Shown here: piece after piece, positions 53,727 through 61,601 of the stretch
Layout: every line of letters begins with the position of its first letter
Numbering within the stretch: the stretch's first letter is position 1
NCBI GenBank assembly: GCA_000634415.1
Contig: JFNH01000096.1
Span: 47,682 to 111,681, forward strand
DNA from: Prochlorococcus sp. scB245a_519A13
Lineage (GTDB): Bacteria > Cyanobacteriota > Cyanobacteriia > PCC-6307 > Cyanobiaceae
Direction of reading: 5' to 3'
DNA: 64,000 nucleotides
Position numbers and translations under genes: made by a program
Notes under the pieces: model-generated
Databases searched by the model: none
Seen by the model: only the letters and a program-made list of their open reading frames with translations
What the model was told of the DNA's origin: nothing

Positions 53727-54200
53727 ATGAGATTTATAATTTTAACTTTTTTAGTAGTTGTTTTAACTCTTCCTTCTAGAAGCTTCGCTGCGTTGGATTA
53801 TGGTAAACAATCTTTGGTAGGGGCTGATTTTTCTGGATCTGATTTAAAAGGAGCAACTTTCTATTTGACTGATTTACAAGACGCAAATTTGTCAGGTTGT
53901 GAGCTCCAAAATGCGACTCTTTATGGAGCAAAATTGAAAGATACTAATTTAAGTAACTCCAACTTAAGAGAAGTAACTTTAGACTCGGCCGTTTTAGATG
54001 GAACAGATTTATCAAATACTAACTTGGAGGATTCTTTTGCTTATAGTACCCAGTTTGAAAATGTAAAAATACAAGGCGCAGACTTCACAAATGTTTTTTT
54101 ACCAAAAGATATTATTAGGAAATTTTGTGAAAGTGCTACTGGAACTAACCCAATTACAAATAGAGAAACCAGAGAAACTTTAGAGTGCGACTACATTTAA
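53727..54200 (+). CDS. Secreted/lumenal pentapeptide repeat protein
   Basis: Signal peptide, A(D/N)LXX repeats and C-terminal C...GTNPIT...TRETLEC. Confidence 0.93.
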   Translation: MRFIILTFLVVVLTLPSRSFAALDYGKQSLVGADFSGSDLKGATFYLTDLQDANLSGCELQNATLYGAKLKDTNLSNSNLREVTLDSAVLDGTDLSNTNLEDSFAYSTQFENVKIQGADFTNVFLPKDIIRKFCESATGTNPITNRETRETLECDYI

Positions 54201-54202
54201 AT

Positions 54203-54595
54203 TTATGCACATACAAGTTCTTTTTTAATCTTTCTTTGTTTATAAAGTGATCTTCCAACAGGCCAACCTAAAGTAGATAAATGTTTCATTAAAGAACCTG
54301 AGTATTTGAAATAAAAATTGTCTGAATATTTGATGCCAAGCTCATTTAGAGTAGTTATTAATAAATATAGATCTTTCTTTTTGCCTTTTTTCATATCCAA
54401 TAATATCAATGCTTCACTTGATAATTTTTGTTCTAGTACTTTATCATTTTCAGCAAAACCAACTTTAAGTGAATTAAATGGATCAGAATAAAGAGTATAA
54501 ATTATTCCATCTTTAGATTTATCTACAGAAGTATCTACATTAAATCTTGATGATATTAATGTTTTGTATCCTTTAATGATTTTTCTGTTATTCAT
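54203..54595 (-). CDS. Hypothetical protein with degenerate GIY-YIG-like motif
   Basis: DGIIYTLYS...LKVGFAEN motif; starts 2 nt after the upstream gene's stop. Confidence 0.65.
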   Translation of the reverse strand: MNNRKIIKGYKTLISSRFNVDTSVDKSKDGIIYTLYSDPFNSLKVGFAENDKVLEQKLSSEALILLDMKKGKKKDLYLLITTLNELGIKYSDNFYFKYSGSLMKHLSTLGWPVGRSLYKQRKIKKELVCA

Positions 54596-54597
54596 AA

Positions 54598-55095
54598 TTA
54601 TTTGATTTCGTCCTGAGCTAACTCGTATTTCTCTAATAGATTGTTTACTTCTGCTAATGCAATCCTCTTTTGACAGGCCGAGTCATATCTATTTACTGCT
54701 ACTGAAGGTATCGAACCTTTGCTTTTCATTTCCCTTAAACCAGTTTCTAAACATTGAAAAGCAACACTTGATAGATCTCTTCCTTCTGCTGCGGCCCAAA
54801 CTTTCAAAAGATAAGTAAGATTTGATGGTACTGAGATCTGTACTTTGTTTGAATTTGAAGTATTTAATGCAATATCATCGAGACTAATTTCTTTAGAGGA
54901 AATAGTTTCTTTAACCTTTTTCTTCAAAAATTTTACTTGGCTTATAGCGTCCTCTTTATTCTTTATTTTTTGTTCTATTTCAAATAACTCTTCTTCAGAA
55001 TTAATTAAAGCTTCTAATGCCCATTTAGCATCATCTTTCGCAACCGCGGTTCTATCAAGCCATTCATCTCTTATTTTTGACCAATTACTAGGCAT
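54598..55095 (-). CDS. Hypothetical protein: coiled coil plus ribbon-helix-helix-like domain
   Basis: KVQISVPSNLTYLLKVWAAAEGRDLSSVAFQCLETGL is an Arc/CopG-like pattern. Confidence 0.72.
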   Translation of the reverse strand: MPSNWSKIRDEWLDRTAVAKDDAKWALEALINSEEELFEIEQKIKNKEDAISQVKFLKKKVKETISSKEISLDDIALNTSNSNKVQISVPSNLTYLLKVWAAAEGRDLSSVAFQCLETGLREMKSKGSIPSVAVNRYDSACQKRIALAEVNNLLEKYELAQDEIK

Positions 55096-55110
55096 AAGCT
55101 TTATAAGATA

Positions 55111-55174
55111 ATTCTATAATATATAAATCTATATAGATTGTCTATGTATTCTAAATAGAATTAATATAGATTGT
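55111..55174. promoter_or_regulatory. Palindrome/direct-repeat array, putative operator
   Basis: Perfect palindrome AATCTATATAGATT at 55126-55139, near-palindrome ATTCTAAATAGAAT at 55148-55161, and ATATAGATTGT at both 55131 and 55164. Confidence 0.5.
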
Positions 55175-55363
55175 TTAATGTTTTGATTTTTATTTTTAAT
55201 AATTCCTCGTCTTAGAAATAATCTTTTACAATAATTGCAACTGTAGAATCCATCCAAAGTGATCTTAGATGTATTTTTTTCGCTAATTGAAAACGATATA
55301 TTTGATAATTCAATCTTTTTAAATTTTAGTTATTTGTTTATTTAATTAAAAACTTCTGAGCTT

Positions 55364-55753
55364 TTAATCTCTTTCAATAAGTTCAATTTTATAACCATCA
55401 GGATCCTCAACAAAAGCCAAGACAGTAGTACTGTTTTTCATTGTTTTAGGTTTGGTTGTTATTTTACAACCATTTTCTTCTAATCCTTGGCAAATTAGAT
55501 GAATATCTTTTACTCCAATAGCTATATGACCATATTTATCTCCAAGCTCATAGTCTTCAGACTTTTTGTCCCAGTTATAAGTTAATTCAATTACTGAGTT
55601 TTCTTTCTCTGAGCCATAACCAACAAAAGCCAAAGTGAATTTCCCATGAGGGTAATCCTTTTTTCGCAATAAATTCATTCCTAATCTATTGACGTAAAAA
55701 TCAATAGATTTATCTAAATCTCCAACCCTCAACATTGTATGTAGGATACGCAT
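55364..55753 (-). CDS. gloA: Lactoylglutathione lyase (glyoxalase I)
   Basis: [23 protein letters not shown] and [10 protein letters not shown]. Confidence 0.97.
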   Translation of the reverse strand: MRILHTMLRVGDLDKSIDFYVNRLGMNLLRKKDYPHGKFTLAFVGYGSEKENSVIELTYNWDKKSEDYELGDKYGHIAIGVKDIHLICQGLEENGCKITTKPKTMKNSTTVLAFVEDPDGYKIELIERD

Positions 55754-55886
55754 TTTGAATTATGAACCTGAATCAATTATCTAATATTTAATAATCAATT
55801 GCCAAAGTTGATTTTTTCGAAAGTAAGTCTTTTTAATATGTTCAAAAAATTAGGTTAAAATATAAATACGAAATTTCAATAATATA

Positions 55887-56321
55887 TTGAATCAGATATT
55901 CCAAAGACTCTCATCAGTATTTTTGTATACTTTGCCATTAAAGGCATCAATACCTTTTGGATATTTTTTGTTCTATAAATATTCTTTTTTAAAAATACTA
56001 TTATTACTAACTTTTCCGATAGCAATAATTGAAAAATCTTTGCCTTTAGGTAGTTTTTTATTATTTATAATATTGTTTGCTGGATTAGTAAGAAATCCAA
56101 ATGTTCCCTATTTCGTTAGATATAACGCATGCCAAGCTTTATTAATTGATATTGCTTTAATAATAATTTCATATCTCTTAAGAATATTTCCCATAGTTGA
56201 ATTAGGCTCAATAATTTTTATATTTACACTATGTATTTTTATTTACTCGATTTCTCAATGTATTTTTGGAGTTGAACCTGAAATTCCCTTAATTAGTAAA
56301 TCTGTAAGAATGCAAATTTAA
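55887..56321 (+). CDS. Tic20/Ycf60-family membrane protein
   Basis: LYTLPL, VRNPNVPYFVRYNACQALLIDI and PEIPLIS. Confidence 0.85.
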   Translation: MNQIFQRLSSVFLYTLPLKASIPFGYFLFYKYSFLKILLLLTFPIAIIEKSLPLGSFLLFIILFAGLVRNPNVPYFVRYNACQALLIDIALIIISYLLRIFPIVELGSIIFIFTLCIFIYSISQCIFGVEPEIPLISKSVRMQI

Positions 56322-56348
56322 AAAGATTTATAGATTTACTGACTTTCT

Positions 56349-56678
56349 TTAACACTCATTCAGAATAGATTCCCATCTTTGTTGACTTGCCTTTATTGCT
56401 TGCATTGGTGGATTAGCTCCCTCTATTTTAAAGGCTTTAATTAATGATTTATTAGCTAATAGACCTAATCTTGCTGCCTCTCTTTGCCTAGAGCATACTT
56501 TTTTTCTTGATCCCTCTTTTAGACTATTTTCGATTTCTTTAAGAATCTGGCTAGCTTCATTCGATTTAGAATAAAAATCATTCATGTACACATCAAGTGC
56601 CGTATCAGCAAGGATTCTTACTGGAGAGATTATTGTGACTAAGCACACTATAAAACTTGTAATTACAAATATTTTCAT
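56349..56678 (-). CDS. Hypothetical exported protein
   Basis: Signal-peptide-like N-terminus and a helical body with two Cys residues. Confidence 0.7.
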   Translation of the reverse strand: MKIFVITSFIVCLVTIISPVRILADTALDVYMNDFYSKSNEASQILKEIENSLKEGSRKKVCSRQREAARLGLLANKSLIKAFKIEGANPPMQAIKASQQRWESILNEC

Positions 56679-56685
56679 AAGAATC

Positions 56686-57270
56686 TTAAGTAAATTTTTT
56701 GCCCGATCTTTTTAATACTAAATAAAAGGTTAGAACGCTAATTGTTCCAGATGGGCCTATTAAAACATGCCAAAATTGATCGCCACTAACTGAGAGCCTT
56801 GTTCCAAAGAAAGTCGTAAAAAAAATACCAAATATTGGGTAAAGGATAAAAAGCCAATCTTTAAAAACTCTTTGCCAATTAATAATTAGAAGGATACTTA
56901 TTATTACTTGAAAAAGAAGAGCAATAGATTTATCAAATAAAAAATATGAGATTATTGAACATAAAGAAATACAAAAATTAGTTTTTTGAATAAATTTATT
57001 TTTTATAACTGATATCGATAAACATGTTAGACCTAAAGATAGGAAAGAATAAAATAACCAATTAAATAAAGAGGAATGATCTACATAAATCCAAGATGTT
57101 TGGGTATGATCTATCATTTCAGAAATCGATGCCAATCCTAAAAAAATAAAACCGAAAGGTATCAATTTGTTCTTGCATATGTGTTTGAATTTATTTATTG
57201 ATCTAATACCTAATAATATTGGGATTATTGCCGCTTGAAAGTGGGCAAATAATAAAATTGAAAAAAACAA
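56686..57270 (-). CDS. Hypothetical multi-pass membrane protein
   Basis: About seven hydrophobic segments with embedded AH, SEMIDH and DQFWH motifs. Confidence 0.72.
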   Translation of the reverse strand: MFFSILLFAHFQAAIIPILLGIRSINKFKHICKNKLIPFGFIFLGLASISEMIDHTQTSWIYVDHSSLFNWLFYSFLSLGLTCLSISVIKNKFIQKTNFCISLCSIISYFLFDKSIALLFQVIISILLIINWQRVFKDWLFILYPIFGIFFTTFFGTRLSVSGDQFWHVLIGPSGTISVLTFYLVLKRSGKKFT

Positions 57271-57324
57271 AATAAATTCTAAAACTTAATTCAACCTAAT
57301 TTAAATACAAAAAACAGTTTCGGG

Positions 57325-57531
57325 TCACTTGAGTAAAGATAGGTACCATTGCCCGATTACTATAATCAATATTGTAAGAACAAAAGGGAAGGCAGGATAT
57401 CGTGTTTGAAAATTAGCAGGTGGCCAAGGAGACCAAGATATTAATCTTCCTTGCGGTTCATTTGAAATAACTTTTTTTTTCGATTTTTTGGATATTAAAT
57501 TATCTGTGGCAAATCCTTTACTCATAATCAA
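57325..57531 (-). CDS. Small hypothetical protein with C-terminal transmembrane helix
   Basis: MSKGF...WSPWPP...YPAFPFVLTILIIVIGQW. Confidence 0.6.
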   Translation of the reverse strand: MIMSKGFATDNLISKKSKKKVISNEPQGRLISWSPWPPANFQTRYPAFPFVLTILIIVIGQWYLSLLK

Positions 57532-57598
57532 ATAAAATTAATCCTAACAAAAACACTTCAGAAAGGCGGTTATATTATACAGTCTCTTTTAATTTAAA

Positions 57599-57685
57599 CG
57601 GAGGGGGTGGGATTCGAACCCACGGTGCCCTTGCAGACACGCTAGTTTTCAAGACTAGAGCCTTAAACCACTCGACCACCCCTCC
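57599..57685 (-). tRNA. tRNA-Ser (anticodon UGA)
   Basis: Reverse complement GGAGGGGTGGTCGAGTGGTTTAAGGCTCTAGTCTTGAAAACTAGCGTGTCTGCAAGGGCACCGTGGGTTCGAATCCCACCCCCTCCG folds as a cloverleaf with a long variable arm and GTTCGAATC T-loop; CCA is not encoded. Confidence 0.97.
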
Positions 57686-57716
57686 AAAGGGTTCTTCAGT
57701 TTTATTGAACTTAAAA

Positions 57717-57746
57717 ACTATAACATAAGAAATTAGTCACAGTCTA
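57717..57746 (-). promoter_or_regulatory. Putative sigma70-type promoter of tRNA-Ser
   Basis: On the minus strand, TAGACT-N18-TATAGT with an extended TG, ending about 30 nt upstream of the tRNA. Confidence 0.45.
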
Positions 57747-57897
57747 TAAATTCAAAGATTTAAAAATTATTTCAAGAAACTAGTTTGAGATAGGAATTTT
57801 TATTAATAATGATGAGTTAAATCGTTATAACAACCTCTTCTTAGTCAAATTTAGTCAACAAAATGAGTCCAAAAAATCTAGTCTGCTTCCAAAAAAA

Positions 57898-58047
57898 TCA
57901 ACCAAAGTTGACATTTTGTTGAAATAAACCAAATAAGTTATTCCCAACTATGGCAGCGATTATTAAAACGAAGGCAACAATGGCGAAAAGAGCACTAACA
58001 TCTTTTATGTCATATGGTGCTTTAAATAAAGGTTTTTGGTCTGCCAT
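57898..58047 (-). CDS. Small single-pass membrane protein (49 aa)
   Basis: Below the track cutoff. MADQKPLFKAPYDIKDVSALFAIVAFVLIIAAIVGNNLFGLFQQNVNFG from ATG 58047 to TGA 57898. Confidence 0.6.
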   Translation of the reverse strand: MADQKPLFKAPYDIKDVSALFAIVAFVLIIAAIVGNNLFGLFQQNVNFG

Positions 58048-58132
58048 TGTTATCTAATATATAAATGCAATTGAATCATATTATTTGAATGCTTGTGAGA
58101 AGTATTAAGTTATTGTTTAGTCTAAAAATGGA

Positions 58133-58167
58133 TAATAAAAAAGCCACTAAAAGTGGCTTTTTTATTA
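58133..58167. terminator. Rho-independent terminator (bidirectional form) after the YRG peptide gene
   Basis: Perfect 16-bp inverted repeat TAATAAAAAAGCCACT-aaa-AGTGGCTTTTTTATTA. Confidence 0.9.
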
Positions 58168-58180
58168 ATGGTTAAATAAA

Positions 58181-58282
58181 CTAGCTTGTGTAAGTTTTTC
58201 CTCTATAAGTTAGTTCATTGTGCTGCTTTTTAGCGGCTTCTTTGTTCTGGACGTACTTTTGTCCTCTGTAAATTAGAGTCAT
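58181..58282 (-). CDS. DUF4278-like YRG-motif peptide (33 aa)
   Basis: MTLIYRGQKYVQNKEAAKKQHNELTYRGKTYTS, with two L-x-YRG-x-x-Y motifs and a GGAG ribosome-binding site upstream. Confidence 0.88.
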   Translation of the reverse strand: MTLIYRGQKYVQNKEAAKKQHNELTYRGKTYTS

Positions 58283-58360
58283 TTTTTTAGCTCCGGTTTC
58301 GCTTAAGTCCCCGTTCCATGGCTTAAGTCGATTTGCGGCTTGCTATACGCAAGTTGAACG
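58283..58360 (-). ncRNA. Downstream-peptide / glutamine riboswitch (Yfr6-type leader)
   Basis: Minus strand CGTTCAACTTGCGTATAGCAAGCCGCAAATCGACTTAAGCCATGGAACGGGGACTTAAGC has CGTTC/GAACG pairing, an internal CTTGC/GCAAG hairpin and a GC-rich character, and sits directly upstream of a YRG peptide. Confidence 0.85.
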
Positions 58361-58365
58361 CTTTG

Positions 58366-58394
58366 GTAGCGGTTGCTACAAATTTATAATAACA
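58366..58394 (-). promoter_or_regulatory. NtcA box overlapping the predicted start site of an extended -10 promoter
   Basis: GTA-N8-TAC (GTAGCAACCGCTAC) at 58366-58379; TGtTATTAT at 58394-58386. Confidence 0.75.
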
Positions 58395-58587
58395 TCCATT
58401 AAAATTATTTGTCTAGGTTTTTAATAAATAAACTTAATATATTAATGACAGATTTGGTTTCTGATAAAAATATTTATCATAATCCCGGCTTAATTTCTCA
58501 CAGGTTACATTTTGTTCGTTTTTGAGAAGTATTTTTTATTTAATGAACTTTTAAATGTAAAATTCTTAAGATTATAAAATTTGTTTT

Positions 58588-58782
58588 ATGTTTTCTAGAA
58601 GCAAAAAACCTACAGTAAAAAAATCTGCAATAGTTGAAGAGACTCCATTATTTGCTCAATTATTACCATTCGCAAACAGAATGAATGATAAGGTCCAATT
58701 GGTAAATGCTTTGGCTTTTACTTTTATTATGGGATTCTCAATTTTTGGAATTGCTCTATGGAAATTATCAGGGCTGACCTAA
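58588..58782 (+). CDS. Small hypothetical protein with C-terminal transmembrane helix
   Basis: 64-aa ATG ORF ending in LAFTFIMGFSIFGIALW. Confidence 0.6.
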   Translation: MFSRSKKPTVKKSAIVEETPLFAQLLPFANRMNDKVQLVNALAFTFIMGFSIFGIALWKLSGLT

Positions 58783-58787
58783 ATATT

Positions 58788-59045
58788 TTATTTTTGCAAA
58801 GAATCAATTTTTGATTCTTTGTTTTCAATTATTGTTATTAACCATCTAGAGGCTAGCCCTCTGGATATTGATCTATTTTTTAGAAATCTACATATATATA
58901 CGTGTAGATTTTTTTCGTTTTTGGAGTTAAATTTTGCCTCAAAATCTAAGATATCCTCTTCTGAGGTTCTTTTTCTTAGCTCATCCACCAATGCATGACT
59001 GGAGGAATCATTAAACAAGTTCCCAATATTTAAGCTTAATGTCAT
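58788..59045 (-). CDS. Conserved hypothetical protein
   Basis: 85-aa ATG ORF with helical, protein-like composition. Confidence 0.65.
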   Translation of the reverse strand: MTLSLNIGNLFNDSSSHALVDELRKRTSEEDILDFEAKFNSKNEKNLHVYICRFLKNRSISRGLASRWLITIIENKESKIDSLQK

Positions 59046-59133
59046 AAATAATTTATGTCCCTATTTAAGAGGTAGCCATAAATTAAATTTTTAAAAACTG
59101 ATTTATATTTTTTATTTACAAATTATTCAAAAT

Positions 59134-61467
59134 TTAATCTTTTGGTTTAGCAAGAGGAAGCAAGCACTTATCTGAATCACAACCTGCTGGTCCTGCTTCA
59201 GATAGTTCTCCAACATCATATTTATTAAGAGCGTCAAAGAAATCGTTATTAACTTTCCTTTCTATTACTTTATTCTGCAATGATATATATTCCTCTTTAC
59301 TTATTGGTTCAAAGGGTAATCTCGGGAAAGTAGCGTTAGCACTAAATCTAGCCAGCAATGCTGCTGAAATATATCCCTCATTATTTTCTATTGCATTATG
59401 AATAGCCTTAGCTAAATCCTCGATTTCAATTTCTCTAAATTCTACGGTTGCAGAGGTATTATGCTCTGTGTAAAATTTCTGCACTTGCATGTAAAAATCA
59501 AATTGAGCTAATGCTGAGAAATTATTGATGTCTATTTGGTCTGCGCCGTCTATATTTGCCCAACTAACTTCTGTAGGGATTTCAACTAACCATTCTGTAC
59601 ATCTTGGATCAAATGGATTATCTAGCAAGCAACCATTTTCATCTTTATCAGATTGAGATGGAACAACTGAGTAACCATAATCCATGCAAGCTAAAGCGAT
59701 TGGGTCATTTTTCCTGAAAGTTATTCTTCTTATGAATCTTTGAGCCTTGGGAGGATGCCAACCTGGAGCTGCTCCAGTAAGAAGGCTTTTAGTTCCAGCT
59801 GGCTGTACTGTTGTGCATCTATTTGGTCTCCTTAGATTATGCTTATCACAATATTCCCATACAGTTTCTTTTACTATTTTTCTCCAAGAATCTAAGAATT
59901 TAGCTTCCTTTTCTTTGAAGGCCTTCCCTTCTTCGCTATTTGGCCTTCCTGCTTCCCACCATTTCAACCATGGCGTCCCAAAAGCATGGACACAAAAATC
60001 AAATAATCCAGTGAAACTTACTCCTACGATAGGATCATATTCCCTGCTTTTTCTGTAACGCTCAACTTCAAATTCATGATTAAGTAAGCATGCTACAGAA
60101 AGAGCGGCTGCTTTAAAAGCTTTTTTTTGCTCTTCAAAATTTCCTGGATCAATCTGATTCAAATGAACTTCAGCCAAATTGCAATGGAAATCATTTCCCA
60201 AGATCTCCCCACAAGGGTTAAGTCCATATCGGCTCATCCTGTGGTCTAACTCTTCTTCTGAAAAAGGACCATAACTACTATTTATCCAATTTCTCGCTTC
60301 ATCCTTGCCTTGTTCTGAGTAGATTTCAATAAATTCCTTTCTCAATTCATCATCTTTGAGAATATCTGCATTTGACCTTGCGATTGCTTCTGGTGCAAAT
60401 TGAATGGCTCCCTCACCTGAATGGAATTGTTTTGTTACTGCATCCAAAACAGTTTGGTAAGTGGGTTTTGTATGGTAAACCCTAGTATGATTGGCCATTC
60501 TGAGGGCATCTTTTTCAGGATCTATTCTCCAATTACCATTCTCATCTTGACTCCATAAATTTTCTTTTGCTGATGCGGCTTCCTTATCATCTGAAGCAAA
60601 TTGTCTCATTCCAGCACTTCTTCTTATATTCCCAGCAACTATGGTTACTGCAGCTTCATCAATTAATAAACAACACTCTACTGTACTTAATTTCCTACCA
60701 ATTGCCTTTCCAAGAAGTGATGCGACTCTAGAGTAAAGATCTTTCAATTTGATAGGATTTGCCATACCACCAAAACCTTTTAATGATTCTCCCGCAGGCC
60801 TAATATCTTCCAAATCAATATAAACATCAATTTCTCTTTCAAGACTCTCGTTACTCGATGCCTCAAGAAGATATTTATAGCTATCTACCCATCCTCTTCT
60901 GCTATCTCCAACTTTGATATGAAGATCTTTTCCTTTAATTTCTAATGATGACTTTTCTTCTCTTTGATCTTTAGGAGTTATTCCAACTTCACTGACTGAT
61001 TTAATGTTTATTTTGTTAATTACCGTAGGTAGATTATTTATAAAATGAGGCTCAATTATTGCACCTGTTCCACATCCCATCATTGCTAAGTCCATCATTA
61101 ATGCGAAGGCTTCCCAATCAATTAAGTTTGTTGAGGTACAGTTGTAGGCTCCTGAGAAATTTTGTTTCTTATTAATCCAAGGGGTTCCGCCTATCCATAA
61201 CCATCTTCCTGAAGGCTGAGCTTTTTGGTTACTTTGCATTTCTCTCATTAGGATTAATTCTTCTTCAGAAAGTTTTCCTAATTCTTTTAATCCCGATAAA
61301 TTCCTTTCGCCTACTTCGCTCCAGTTCTCCCTTTTGCCAGATGAAGTTTTTCTACTATAAGATCTGAAAAAAACTGGGTAAGCAGCTGGCGCAGTCTTTG
61401 GAAAATCATCTTTTTTAAGATTATTGGAATTGCTCTCTGAAGAAGCTTTATTTGGTGCAACAGTCAC
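59134..61467 (-). CDS. nrdJ: Adenosylcobalamin-dependent (class II) ribonucleotide reductase
   Basis: RSYSR, PSGRWLW, AYNC, AGNIRRSA, NPCGEI, TVQPAGTKS and C-terminal GCDSDKC. GTG at 61467 is preferred to the track start at 61530. Confidence 0.95.
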   Translation of the reverse strand: MTVAPNKASSESNSNNLKKDDFPKTAPAAYPVFFRSYSRKTSSGKRENWSEVGERNLSGLKELGKLSEEELILMREMQSNQKAQPSGRWLWIGGTPWINKKQNFSGAYNCTSTNLIDWEAFALMMDLAMMGCGTGAIIEPHFINNLPTVINKINIKSVSEVGITPKDQREEKSSLEIKGKDLHIKVGDSRRGWVDSYKYLLEASSNESLEREIDVYIDLEDIRPAGESLKGFGGMANPIKLKDLYSRVASLLGKAIGRKLSTVECCLLIDEAAVTIVAGNIRRSAGMRQFASDDKEAASAKENLWSQDENGNWRIDPEKDALRMANHTRVYHTKPTYQTVLDAVTKQFHSGEGAIQFAPEAIARSNADILKDDELRKEFIEIYSEQGKDEARNWINSSYGPFSEEELDHRMSRYGLNPCGEILGNDFHCNLAEVHLNQIDPGNFEEQKKAFKAAALSVACLLNHEFEVERYRKSREYDPIVGVSFTGLFDFCVHAFGTPWLKWWEAGRPNSEEGKAFKEKEAKFLDSWRKIVKETVWEYCDKHNLRRPNRCTTVQPAGTKSLLTGAAPGWHPPKAQRFIRRITFRKNDPIALACMDYGYSVVPSQSDKDENGCLLDNPFDPRCTEWLVEIPTEVSWANIDGADQIDINNFSALAQFDFYMQVQKFYTEHNTSATVEFREIEIEDLAKAIHNAIENNEGYISAALLARFSANATFPRLPFEPISKEEYISLQNKVIERKVNNDFFDALNKYDVGELSEAGPAGCDSDKCLLPLAKPKD

Positions 61468-61601
61468 GATAAAAAAAACGTATGTAAATAACCCGTACTG
61501 GAAGAATAACTCTACCTGTGGCGTCTGCAACTATTCTTACCACTATTTAACGGTTTGTGTAGAATTATGTTTAATATGAAATCTTTGTTTCAAGAAAGGA
61601 T

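Noticed and set aside
55128-55330. Minus-strand open frame containing YSCNYCKRLF (CxxC) between gloA and the RHH gene
   Set aside because: No convincing start codon or RBS, only one CxxC, and it runs through the putative operator. It could be a remnant but is unsupported.
57599-57625. Possible att-site duplication of the tRNA-Ser 3' end
   Set aside because: I found no second copy and no integrase in the window.
61468-61530. Track N-terminal extension of NrdJ
   Set aside because: Hydrophobic, non-RNR-like leader; GTG at 61467 is the more plausible start.
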